DNA of 64,000 nucleotides from Plasmodiophora brassicae (Eukaryota): NCBI GenBank assembly GCA_036867785.1, contig CP145414.1, positions 1,240,001 to 1,304,000 of the forward strand, read 5' to 3'. Shown piece by piece: positions 11,914 to 22,220 of this stretch (position 1 is its first letter; each line of letters starts with the position of its first letter). The notes under the pieces were generated by a model. It saw only the letters and a program-made list of their open reading frames with translations, ran no database searches and was not told where the DNA came from. The position numbers and the translations under genes were made by a program.

Positions 11914-14900
11914 TGTGACGTCCCAACGGTGATGGTATATCAGCCGTGTAGTATAATCGTCTGTGTCCCCGACCTGCAGCTCCCACGGACGCCGTGCGGA
12001 CTCCGTGCGCACTCCGTGCATGTCCGTCATTCTTAGGGCGGCCTAGCCGGATCACAGCTATTCTTGTCTTATAGCTTGGAGCCGGCACATTCCCCTCCTT
12101 CAAAGAAATGCTCCTCCTTGCAGGTGTCTTCAGTGGTGGTGTATCCTAATCATGTCTTCTCCTTAATATAGTCTAATTAACATAATTAAGTCTCAATCTT
12201 CGTAGAACACAGTTTTGGCTTCTGTCGTCACATGGCCGTCGGCATTAAAATAACCCAGCGCGCATCCGGGAAAAAAGCATGACTAGCCTACTGGACTCCT
12301 TCCGCCTTAAGTAACTCCTTAACCTCATCAGCAAGGTGATGTTTCTCCTTCCTCATCCTGGCGGCATGGGCCTTCACCAGCTTCGGTACATCCATCGCCA
12401 ACCTGCAGATTGGCTCCCATGAATCCTCCGCTTCAGAGAAACCCTTCCATCCGATCAACAATTCCAATTCCCCTGTCTCCGGACTGTGCCTGCAGTCCTT
12501 GAAGACTTCAATGGCGAAACGCTCATTGTCATAATCCATCTGTCGCTTCAGTTCCTCAGTGGCATTCACTTTGCCATGTTCATAGAGGCGAACGCGGTCC
12601 CCGTGAACGGTTCGAGTGTCCGTCTCATTGAACATATTCCTCACCTCGTAGGTGTAGTTCTCGTGGCTATCAGTTATTTGATATAGGCCCCGCCACTTCA
12701 TAAAGAGCTTCTTGCCCGGAACCTTACCCGGTTCAGGCAATCCGATGAGTACATAGTCACCGATCTGAAAGTTCGGTGCAGTTGCTCGTCGGTACGCGTC
12801 GCTCCTCTTCCTGTGTACGGCTCGGATTTTCTTCGATTGCTGCACTGCTCCCTTGTGCATTTCATTCAGCGACGTCTGCAATTGCATGACTAGCTCCTGA
12901 ATATGCTCCTTTGAGAGTGTAGCTTCCCCATACTTCTCATCCCCTGGCCTCTTGAACACTTGCTTCAGCGGGTTGTCTGGTTGACGTCCCATCATCACTG
13001 TCACTGGCGCATTCCCGTTGGTACGCGCCTGCGACCTGTGATTGATCGTGTGTTCAATGTTGTGGTTCAACCATGGCCAATCGTATTTGTCCCACTGCAA
13101 TTCAGACAGAAGTGCTCTGACTAGTTGCAAGTAGTTCCTGTTGATCACCTCAATTGATCCATTACTGTAATGCCCATAGGCAACAGTCGGGTGATGAGCA
13201 AATCCACATCGACGCGCCAGTTCCTTCACAACGTTTGCCAGAAAGCAAGACGCCATGTCTGACACCATCAACTCAAACGTTCCGAAGATAGCCCTCCATT
13301 CGAGCAGTGCCTCTACAGTGGTTTCCGCATTGGGTGTATGGTCAGGAGTAATCTTGACCATGCCAGACAGATCATCCCTGATTATCAGGTTCCATTGCAG
13401 ATCATGTCTTCCGCCCTTCTGAGCCGCCATCATGTATAGCCAATCCAAGTGAATCACCTGATTCGGCCTAACACCATGAACAGCTGTTCCCAATGGCCTG
13501 GGAATCCTAACCCCGCCCCTTGTCGGTAGACAGTTCAAACACGCGTTGCAGAACGTCCTCATGTCCTCATCGCAGTGTGCCCAATGGCAGAACTCCCCCA
13601 ACTTCCTCAACGAGGCCTTCAGTCCTAGATGCCCACTGTTTCCGCCCGCATGAGCAATAGCGCATAGCTGCAGCTTCAGCTCGTTGCATTCGTCTGGTAT
13701 GATCACCTGTCCCTTCCCTGTGACGAAGAGATCATCACCATTCTTCGGTCGTTTCGTTCCTCTGAGCCATTTCCTCTGAGCCTTACGGATTTCGTCCACG
13801 GTCGGCCATTGGAATTCCTTCCTTTGTAACGGCCGTACCCGATATCCGTCCTCAATTTGAAGCGTTATCCTCCTGATCGTGCGTACCTCTAGGTGCTGGT
13901 CATCAGGCCCACCGTCCGGTGCACCCCACCGCGTCATAAGATCCGACCACACATTGTCCTCCCCCGCAATGTGTTCAATGACGTAGTTGACCCTCTGTAT
14001 GTCCAGTGCCCATCGTTGCAGTTTCTGCGCCGTTGGCTTTGACACGTCCGTTGGTGAGAATATCCTCACGAGATTCCTATGATCGGTAAACAAACGAAAC
14101 TGCTCGTTGGTTGTAACGAGATAGTCCAGTTTGTCAATCCCATCCTTGATCGCGAACCCTTCCTTCTCCACCGTGGACCAGTTCCGCTCTGGGCCCGCGA
14201 ACTTGTGTCCGACGAAACCCAGCGGTTCATGTCGCTGCCCATGCACTGGTTTACCCAAGTCCTCAGGCGGAATCTGTGTGACTACCGCCGCGCTGTTAAC
14301 CTCATTTGCATCTGAGAATAGGCATTGGATCCGGTCCTTTCGCGGGTACGCTAGTTGGACCGTGTCCGCCACTGCCATCTTCAGTTTCTCGAATGCCAGC
14401 GCATGTTCGGGTGACCATCCATATTTGCACAATCGCACCCTCCTGGCAATGGCTTTCGTCCTGCCAGGTTGGTCCTTCATTGCATCCTCGTATATCCTCT
14501 GTAACAGGTGTACCTTCCTGTTGTACTCAGGGATGGACCTACTCATCCACTGAGTTGCCATAAGGAATTGTTGCAAGTCCCTTGCCGTTCTCGGCTGTGG
14601 TATCGCCATTAAAGCCTCAATCCTAGCAGGATCGTGCCTTACCCCTTCTGGCGTGAATATCCTTCCACAGAACCGAACCTCTGTTGTGAAGAGCTCACAC
14701 TTCTCCACGTTGAACTTGATGCTGTGCCGTTCGGCTAGCATCAGAGTCCGTTCCAACGTTCGGAACCAATCATCCTCCCTTTGGGCATGCCCCATTAGAT
14801 CATCGATCCATATGATTAGTTTGTGGAACATAAGTTCCCCGAACACCTCAAACATCCTCCCTTGATACTGAGGGGCGGAGTTCATTCCCCCCTGCATCGA

Positions 14901-17177
14901 CCTCGTTGGCTTATACACCCCCTTATCTGTCATGAAGGAGAAGATCTCCTGACACGCTTCATCCAGCGGCATCATCCAGAAGCCTTTGAACGCGTCTAGC
15001 TTAAACCAGAACCTCGAGCCTGCCAGGTTCCTCAGTATCGCCTCCTGATGTGGCATAGGCCACGCCACGGCGACACATTTGGCATTAACAGCTCTGAGAT
15101 CAACACAGAACCGCTTTCCGCCCCCTGGCTTCGTCACCACCACCACCGGTGAAGCCCACTTCGCGTTGTAGTTTTCAACGACTAGGCCATACTTCTTCAA
15201 TTGGGCGACGAATTCCTCCATGAAAGCACTGTCCTCCATACTGTACTTTCTGGCTCGGCACCTGTAAGGTTCCGCATCCGGTTTCAGCTCCGTGACAAAT
15301 GGTGTAACCCTGGCTGGACCATCAGGTCCAATGCTCATACGCCAAACGTCCCTATATCTTCTGACGAGTTTCCGAAGCGATTTCCCCATCGCTTGCGGTA
15401 GGCCATTCCTCAATGCGCGCTCGACCATCCCGTCCATCTCCCTTTCCAGGGAGTCTGTGGAATCGGTTCCGATCCTCACATCCTCTGTTTCCTCTTCCTC
15501 CCCTTCCCAGAGAGGTGGCATCTCGTTTGCCATATTGTGCACTTCATCCATGACGTCATTCCCCTTCTTCGGCGTGCTCTTAATGAGTACGTCCAGGGCC
15601 TTCTTTGGGTGGATACCCAAGTCGTCCAACAGCCTCTCCCCTAGGATTATTTCCTTTTCAGGAATGTCCCATACAAGGCATCGGCGCCGGCGAGTGATCA
15701 GTTCGCCTGCCGTCGTCGTCAGTCCCAGATCCAGTATCATCACATGGTAGGCTGTGTGCTTCGTTTCTCTGTCTACCAGACAGAACGTTTCCGGCTTCTG
15801 GAGGTTCTCCATTGTTAACAATGGGTCCCGCTCCATTAGCTCGCGCGCTATGGTCAATGGCATCAGAACGTCAACCGATGTCGCTCCACTGTCCAGAACC
15901 CCAACGTAGTCTTCCTCATGTCCGTTTACACGAACGACTACTTGGTCCCCTGTCCTCTGCGCCCCCTCCGACACTCTTCCTACCACTGGAAGCCATGGGT
16001 ACTCTGACAAGTCGTCATCTTTATCAGATTTGGCCTTACGGGGTCCATCCCTTCCCGTTGGCCCCTTGCGGCGATCCTTCAGCAGGTCTGCGACCTGCTT
16101 CTTGGTAGGCTTCTTCGGGCAACGAAACGCTGGATGTCCAACCTCGTCACAGTTGAAACATCGCAGGTCCTTCCGGTGTCGTTTCGTGTCCCGGCCTCCA
16201 TCGCCTCCCTCATCCGTCTGCGCCCCTCGCTTCCTCGGGGTGGGTTTGACCTTTCCCTTCCCCTTGCCATCCTCACGTCCCGGCTCCATGTACAACATCG
16301 TCTCCTCATACGATGCAGCTCGTTCCTTCAGCACCCGATAGAATTCCAAAGGGTCCTTCTGGAGATCGGTCTGGCGCTTCATGACGAGGGTCCGCATGAG
16401 CGCTTGTAAACCGGATGGGCGCACAGCACCCAGTAGGTACTTGACCAGGTTCTTCCGTCCCTCGCGGGACGTGAAGAGGTCCTGCCACCCGTTGCGCGCG
16501 ACCAATTCCTCGTACTGCTGCACGAGGTTCACGACCCTTGCCGCTGGTGTGGTGATGGTCAGCTTCATCGCCAGCTTCCGCATCTCCCGGTCGATGTTCG
16601 CGTCCGTCGAGCGATCCTGCTCCAGATGCCTCTTCATCCAGTCCATCAGGTCGCTCTCCGTCACCCCCTCGGCGTCCGTGCCGAGTTCCCACTTGCAGAT
16701 CGCCCTGAGCAGACCGGGGTCGATCATACTCCTCACTGACCGTGGGATCTGGCCCTTGGCATTCGGATCGTCCCGGAAGTGATTCCGATACGTCTTCAGC
16801 TCGGCCATGAACGTCGTGACGGCCTTGCGGTCCATGCTCTTCAAGGTCGGCGCCTTGTTCATCTGCAGGACGATCGTTGAGCCTTGCACGCTCTGTCCTT
16901 GTTGTCGATCATCGACGTCATCTTCCAGCAGCATCTCCTGCGCGGTGGCCACCATCGCGTCCTTCTTTGAAACCTTCCCCGAAAGGATGTTCAAGAGATC
17001 TCTGTGACGTCCCAACGGTGATGGTATATCAGCCGTGTAGTATAATCGTCTGTGTCCCCGACCTGCAGCTCCCACGGACGCCGTGCGGACTCCGTGCGCA
17101 CTCCGTGCATGTCCGTCATTCTTAGGGCGGCCTAGCCGGATCACAGCTATTCTTGTCTTATAGCTTGGAGCCGGCAC
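11914..17177 (-). mobile_element. Intact Ty3/Gypsy chromodomain LTR retrotransposon
   Basis: LTRs 11914-12089 and 17003-17177, identical over their aligned length; PPT GAAGGAGGGGAA next to the 3' LTR (12090-12101); TSD CGTC (11910-11913 / 17178-17181), or 5-bp TCGTC/CCGTC if the LTR ends at 17176. Confidence 0.97.
12288..16955 (-). CDS. Gag-Pol polyprotein (~1555 aa): CCHC knuckle, aspartic protease, RT, RNase H, integrase, chromodomain
   Basis: CFNCDEVGHPAFRC; LDSGA; RFCVDLRAVN, LDAFKGFW, WIDD; FSDA/EKE/TDH; H-H-C-C zinc motif plus HLD/SD/E; WKGFSEAEDSWEP chromodomain; single uninterrupted ORF. Confidence 0.97.
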   Translation of the reverse strand: MVATAQEMLLEDDVDDRQQGQSVQGSTIVLQMNKAPTLKSMDRKAVTTFMAELKTYRNHFRDDPNAKGQIPRSVRSMIDPGLLRAICKWELGTDAEGVTESDLMDWMKRHLEQDRSTDANIDREMRKLAMKLTITTPAARVVNLVQQYEELVARNGWQDLFTSREGRKNLVKYLLGAVRPSGLQALMRTLVMKRQTDLQKDPLEFYRVLKERAASYEETMLYMEPGREDGKGKGKVKPTPRKRGAQTDEGGDGGRDTKRHRKDLRCFNCDEVGHPAFRCPKKPTKKQVADLLKDRRKGPTGRDGPRKAKSDKDDDLSEYPWLPVVGRVSEGAQRTGDQVVVRVNGHEEDYVGVLDSGATSVDVLMPLTIARELMERDPLLTMENLQKPETFCLVDRETKHTAYHVMILDLGLTTTAGELITRRRRCLVWDIPEKEIILGERLLDDLGIHPKKALDVLIKSTPKKGNDVMDEVHNMANEMPPLWEGEEEETEDVRIGTDSTDSLEREMDGMVERALRNGLPQAMGKSLRKLVRRYRDVWRMSIGPDGPARVTPFVTELKPDAEPYRCRARKYSMEDSAFMEEFVAQLKKYGLVVENYNAKWASPVVVVTKPGGGKRFCVDLRAVNAKCVAVAWPMPHQEAILRNLAGSRFWFKLDAFKGFWMMPLDEACQEIFSFMTDKGVYKPTRSMQGGMNSAPQYQGRMFEVFGELMFHKLIIWIDDLMGHAQREDDWFRTLERTLMLAERHSIKFNVEKCELFTTEVRFCGRIFTPEGVRHDPARIEALMAIPQPRTARDLQQFLMATQWMSRSIPEYNRKVHLLQRIYEDAMKDQPGRTKAIARRVRLCKYGWSPEHALAFEKLKMAVADTVQLAYPRKDRIQCLFSDANEVNSAAVVTQIPPEDLGKPVHGQRHEPLGFVGHKFAGPERNWSTVEKEGFAIKDGIDKLDYLVTTNEQFRLFTDHRNLVRIFSPTDVSKPTAQKLQRWALDIQRVNYVIEHIAGEDNVWSDLMTRWGAPDGGPDDQHLEVRTIRRITLQIEDGYRVRPLQRKEFQWPTVDEIRKAQRKWLRGTKRPKNGDDLFVTGKGQVIIPDECNELKLQLCAIAHAGGNSGHLGLKASLRKLGEFCHWAHCDEDMRTFCNACLNCLPTRGGVRIPRPLGTAVHGVRPNQVIHLDWLYMMAAQKGGRHDLQWNLIIRDDLSGMVKITPDHTPNAETTVEALLEWRAIFGTFELMVSDMASCFLANVVKELARRCGFAHHPTVAYGHYSNGSIEVINRNYLQLVRALLSELQWDKYDWPWLNHNIEHTINHRSQARTNGNAPVTVMMGRQPDNPLKQVFKRPGDEKYGEATLSKEHIQELVMQLQTSLNEMHKGAVQQSKKIRAVHRKRSDAYRRATAPNFQIGDYVLIGLPEPGKVPGKKLFMKWRGLYQITDSHENYTYEVRNMFNETDTRTVHGDRVRLYEHGKVNATEELKRQMDYDNERFAIEVFKDCRHSPETGELELLIGWKGFSEAEDSWEPICRLAMDVPKLVKAHAARMRKEKHHLADEVKELLKAEGVQ

Positions 17178-17496
17178 CGTCCCACCCGAAGCCCGACATG
17201 TCCAGCAGGCTTCGGAAATGGCCAAACTTCGTCTTCAGCTTCGCAACACGGTCAGCAACTCCAGACTTTCCACCACAGGTTGAGCTCACCGATTCGAAGT
17301 GGGTTTTTACCTGGCTCAGTGAATACTGAACACCGAACTTGGTGTTGAAATTCGCCAAGGCCGCAGTCCAAGCTTCTTTCTTAAAATTGTTTCCAGCCCG
17401 CTTACCGCGATCCGCTTGTTTCTGCAGCTGGCGCAACAAGTACTTGGACTTGGTGCCATCTTTCCAGTTGGCCGACACGCTGTCGCTCGCCACCAT
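17158..17496 (-). pseudogene. Inverted copy of the truncated Harbinger Myb/SANT-like gene (right arm), running into the LTR
   Basis: Same sequence as 11039-11357; ends GWDGAGSKL* inside the Gypsy 5' LTR. Confidence 0.85.
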
Positions 17497-17795
17497 TGCA
17501 AATGGAAATGCCGGCCCCGGCCGGGCCTGTCCCCTGCGGAGTCCGCGACGCCCGTTTCAGCCGTAGGACAAAACGCCATTTTTCTAGCGGGCGTCTGGCA
17601 ACGCATCTCCATTTTCCGAGATGGGACTGGGAACCAAATGGTAAAAAATGGCATTTCGGAAAATGCCATTTTTCGCACTCGTTTGCCAGACGCACCCTAA
17701 TACATGACAATGCTGCCGAGTTTTTGCATTATCGCGCTTGCTGAAGTGCAGGTAGCGGAAATAACGCCAGCGAGCCAGAGGACGATTCAGTAGTT

Positions 17796-18824
17796 TCACA
17801 GCCAATTACTGGCGTAACGTTTCATCCCGCGAGCGATACCGGATAGGCAGTTCCCGCGACCACCCAAGAGGCGCTCGACACTACGCAGCTCGCGCTCCCT
17901 AGCCAAATCCAGAGCCGTCTTCCCGTCCTTGTCTTTGAGGGAGGTACCGATTCCGCGGACCCCCGCCAGTGTCTCAACGACAGCGACACGCGAGTTGGCC
18001 ACGGCTCTGTGCAACGGCGTCTGCTGGGCGTCATCGACCGCGCTCACGTTGATTCTTGGGTCCAGCACCAGCAACGCGACGAGGGTGTCACGGCCCAACG
18101 ATGCCGCCCAGTGCAAAGGCGTCGCCAGGTGATGGTCCTTCGGGTTGACGTCGATCCCGGTGCTGTTCAGCAACACTTTGACAACGTCAACGTTGTTCCA
18201 CGTCATGGACCAGTGCAGGGCCGTTGTCAAGTCTCGGTCGCGGGCATTGACGTCGACATCGTGGCGCTTCGCCAGCATTTCAACGATCTCTGGCTGACGA
18301 CTGGCGACAGCTGCATGCAATGGCGTCTTCCGGAACGCGTCCGGTGCATTGACGTTGATGCCTGGTGCAGTGAGCAGCAACTCGGCAATTCCCTTGTGTC
18401 CTGCAAACGCGGCGAAATGCAATGCTGTTTTCCCGCTCTTGCCATGCTCGTTGACCTTGACACCTGGCAATCGAATCAGAGACTCGACGACCGATATCTG
18501 TCCCTGACGGGCCGCCCAGTGCAGAACGTTCCCCTCGTCATCCCATGGCATGTCATTCGGAAAAGTGGCATTGCCTTCGCCAGCGAGGACGTCGCGGATC
18601 GTCTTGACAATCGTCTTCTGCGTGTGCGTAGTCGCGGCCTGAGTGAGGCGATCGATCACGGGCACGCTATCGACGTGGACGTCAGCACCAGCGTCGCGGA
18701 GCGGACCAGCGTCGATAGGTCCATTGAGAACGACAAACAGGGGAAACGTGAAAACGGCAAACAGGGCCAACAGGGCCAACAGCGCCCCGACGGCGCGCAG
18801 ACAAGTGGGGTTGCTGGTCGTCAT
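17796..18824 (-). CDS. Ankyrin-repeat protein with N-terminal signal/TM segment (effector-like)
   Basis: About 7 ankyrin repeats (TALHFAA, TPLHAAV, TPLHWAA, TPLHRAV, GKTALDLA); hydrophobic N-terminus; single exon. Confidence 0.92.
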   Translation of the reverse strand: MTTSNPTCLRAVGALLALLALFAVFTFPLFVVLNGPIDAGPLRDAGADVHVDSVPVIDRLTQAATTHTQKTIVKTIRDVLAGEGNATFPNDMPWDDEGNVLHWAARQGQISVVESLIRLPGVKVNEHGKSGKTALHFAAFAGHKGIAELLLTAPGINVNAPDAFRKTPLHAAVASRQPEIVEMLAKRHDVDVNARDRDLTTALHWSMTWNNVDVVKVLLNSTGIDVNPKDHHLATPLHWAASLGRDTLVALLVLDPRINVSAVDDAQQTPLHRAVANSRVAVVETLAGVRGIGTSLKDKDGKTALDLARERELRSVERLLGGRGNCLSGIARGMKRYASNWL

Positions 18825-21066
18825 TTCGCGTCTTCCGTGGTTATACGTAGCAGCTCGAATATAGGAATACCAAAATGACGTCGACCTGTGCCTTGCCTGA
18901 CGACGACAGAAATAGCCCGGCCTGCCGCCAAACACCTCTGCCACTGAGCCGCTCGCGTCAATCTACCCGCACTTCCGGAAGTGCGAACATTGACCTGGCT
19001 GACCGTGTCGGGATCCGAGATAGTATAGTGGCCAATAACTGAAAGGGTTTGCAAACTCAGAATACCATGCACGTTTACTGCGTTGGCGGTTCGTCACCAG
19101 CGAACATGTAATTCGTGATCCCACAAACACGACAGAGACAGTTCTACGCTTATGCCAAAGAAGCAACTGAAGCGTTTAGCGTGGTATCGCTTCATGACCC
19201 GCGCTGCCAGATAGCGAAAGGTCGCCGGTAGGTGAGCATCCATTATCACTGGCGGTGAAAGAGCCAATTTGGGTCTCGTCTCCGTCCCCGGGTTGGCATG
19301 TCGGGCAATCAGTCGAGCTGGTGCCCAATACTGACGAAAATGGGCCTGCCCGCGCAATTTGTGTGGGCGTTCTGAGTCATTGGGGCTGCTGGAAACTGTA
19401 CATTTGGAAGTACATTACATGAATTGGTTGATTTCGAGATAGTTTATTAATTAGTCAGATACCTCTCATTGGGAAACCGGTAGTTGTTAATTCCGCATAC
19501 GCCCTTCAAAGTAACTCCAACAACATTCAATTCATGGCGTCGCGTGCTGCCCATGTGCTTGAAATGTGCCAATTCCTGACTGAAGTGATGAAAAGTGCAT
19601 GTTGTGGCACTTCCGCACATATGTGAGCCGAAGTGACGAAAAGTGCGCTCTAACCCAGGAATGTGTGGCATTCGACACGCATTCGTGACGCATTTTGATA
19701 CACATCGATACATCTGACATGAACTTGACCAGAAGTGTACACTAGTGTACACTTTTGACCACACGAGTACGCGCTACCTGGCGGCTTCATTGTACCAATT
19801 GCAGACACTACGCGAGTAGATGGTCGACGATAACTTCGTTCCGGTGATGTGATCTGTGAGTTCGTTGCCACAATAGTATATTACGCTGAGTTAAACAGTT
19901 CGAAATATAACTGTACACAAATGCGTTTGTGTTCACTTTCAAGCAGCCCCATTCATTTCTGATCACTTCTGCAAACGAGTCGAGAAGTGACGGACCTGAC
20001 GAGAAGAGGGAATGACCCAATGGGCGACATGGGAGAGCAACCGGAGAAACCACATCTGACATCTGGCAGCAGTGGGAGACGGACCTCGTCATGCAGTGGA
20101 CCCGGGCAGGAGATTCTGTCAGCGAGATCCGGGCAAAGCTGCCCCAAATGAGCGAGAAGCACGTCACATCTAAGCTTTACAGGCTTAAACATGCCACGAA
20201 GAACTTCTCCCTGCCTGTCCCCACTACAGGGGAAGACTAGTATCACACCGTGGTAGGTATTTCAATTATTTTACGCTATCATTCGAGCCTTCGACTGCTC
20301 TGCTGACATAAATCGTTTTGTCAGATGGTGAGATGGAGCAAAGAAACGCAAGATTAGTGGGGGACGTATTGTTCAGAACGCTTCTGCGCACCTCAGAGGT
20401 GGCACCGACTGGTCTGAGGAAGTAGAGATCTACCATATCACTAAGAAGTTCCAGTTCGTGGCCGTGAAGCAGATGGCGACCAGTCTGCACATATTCATAC
20501 GGAAGCTGGTCCGGTACCAGATCACTTTCGGCCCCGTTCTTGCTGATGGCGTCCAGGTCGTATTTCATTCTTTGAATTACGGTCCCGAGATGCGCAGCAT
20601 GACAGGCTTGAGTGAATCTGAAACCCTGTCCCTGTTCCCCGAAGACAATGCGGAGAACACGATCACTGGACCGAAAATAAATTCATTCGCAATACAAAAC
20701 TCCGCATATTGCCGATGTACCCAGATATGATACATTGACGATATAGAACGATGTACCCTGTCTGCGCAGTCCAGTAGGTTGAAGCCATATATAACTGCAT
20801 TCCGACTGCGCGGCGCAATACATCCCCGACATGTAGATCTGTACTCAGGATGCACTGCGTAATACGTCGCAGGACATCCGATCGCTGACAGCTGTATCGA
20901 CAATGTATGGGCTATACTTGTTCTGTATCCGACCACGATACATTGTGAGTACGAATGCCATTTTTCCAAGACTTCTGAAACGAATGGATTCGCGTACTGT
21001 ATTCACATTTCACAGCTCAGAATTTTCTGTGACAATACCATCGTCCCTTGCCGTTCGACGGGAGCG

Positions 21067-22220
21067 TCATTGCCGTGCTAGATGCCGCCGGATCCAATTG
21101 CCGACGTGACGCGGCAAGTCGACCTTGGTGGAGAGCGTTACGTTGTCGAACATCGGGCACTGGAGTGCTATTTCACTTCGCAGCACTTCCAGGAAGCAAA
21201 ACCATTCTTGCGGAAGGCCCTGTTGCAGCAGCAGACCGACACAGCGGTCAACGATTCCAACGTCCGCGTTGACAGCGATGCCGTGGTCGTCCATCATCAA
21301 GCTCGGATGATCGGCAAGGCACGCTTTCTGCCTCTTGACAGGGCTCTTGTTGCTTGTTGAGATGCCTGAGGCGAGCCGTCGATGCTTGAGCTCATTTTGG
21401 ATGACTGTAACGCATCCCAATAAGAAGCAAGGCCGACATGGCACGCTTAACCGAACTTACAGATTTTGATTTCTTCGAACGGAAACGTCTCAGCAACGGC
21501 CTGCTCGATCTGGTGTTCCTCCACAAGCCATTGCTGTACCCGTCTTGGCAACTCCTTCTTAGAAGACAAGGCCACAACATCTGCCAGCTTGTGGTCCAGG
21601 ACCAACCTGACAACGGAACATGTCAAATTTGTTGCAAACGAGATATAGATTCTACATACTGCCTCAACGTTTCCTTGCACAAGAGAAATTGAACGCGCGC
21701 CGAGTCGTTTCTCTGGCGGACACCTTTGCCGAGAAATGACTGCAGGTGAGCCTGGATCAATAGACGGTCCAGTCTTTGCACTGCCGCTGCCGCCATTCCC
21801 ATGTTTTTCCCTCACTGCTAAAGGAAGACCATTCAAACGTATGATAGTGCGATCGTGTGTCGTCGGTGCAACCTTTCTTCCCGATCGGACACGGGTGGTG
21901 AAAAGACAGTTGATTCGGAGGAGACGCAGCCAGGCCGTCACGACGAGACTGCTTGTCTTCGTCTTCCAGGGACGCGATTGGCGAAGGCGGAACCCCGGCT
22001 GGCGCGGCTCGAACGCGACTTCGCGAACGTCCGCCTGCCGGCGAGAAGATGCGGGCGCCATCGACGTCGTACGGTAGTCCTTTCAAATAACGCGCCTCCG
22101 CGGCCTCCTCCGCCCTCGCGGATGTTGTCGGAGTCCGTGATCCACTCAATATTAGGGCGAACCTCAATATACCGCAGCACGCGCACGACATGGCAATGTT
22201 TTCGATGTTTAAAGACACCA
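21067..22220 (-). other. Possible multi-exon hypothetical gene or decayed gene
   Basis: Several protein-like minus-strand ORF pieces (e.g. LQQGLPQEWFCFLEVLRSEIAL, VQQWLVEEHQIEQAVAETFPFEE); no recognised family. Confidence 0.25.

Larger units (their letters stand above)
10838..17697. mobile_element. Fold-back PIF/Harbinger derivative (family 2) made of two copies of the same end, carrying a nested Gypsy element
   Basis: 10838-11357 is the reverse complement of 17178-17697; 11354-11456 is the reverse complement of 11811-11913; GGGTGCG...CGCACCC termini; direct TAA at 10835-10837 and 17698-17700. Confidence 0.93.

Noticed and set aside
16956-17225. 90-aa N-terminal extension of gag-pol in the ORF track
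   Set aside because: It crosses the LTR and the Harbinger arm; the first plausible ATG after the LTR is 16955
10838-17697. Reading the 520-bp inverted repeats as ordinary long TIRs of a new LTR/TIR hybrid element
   Set aside because: The repeats contain Myb coding sequence and continue on the other side of the Gypsy (11811-11913) with a TSD, so this is a nested insertion into a fold-back
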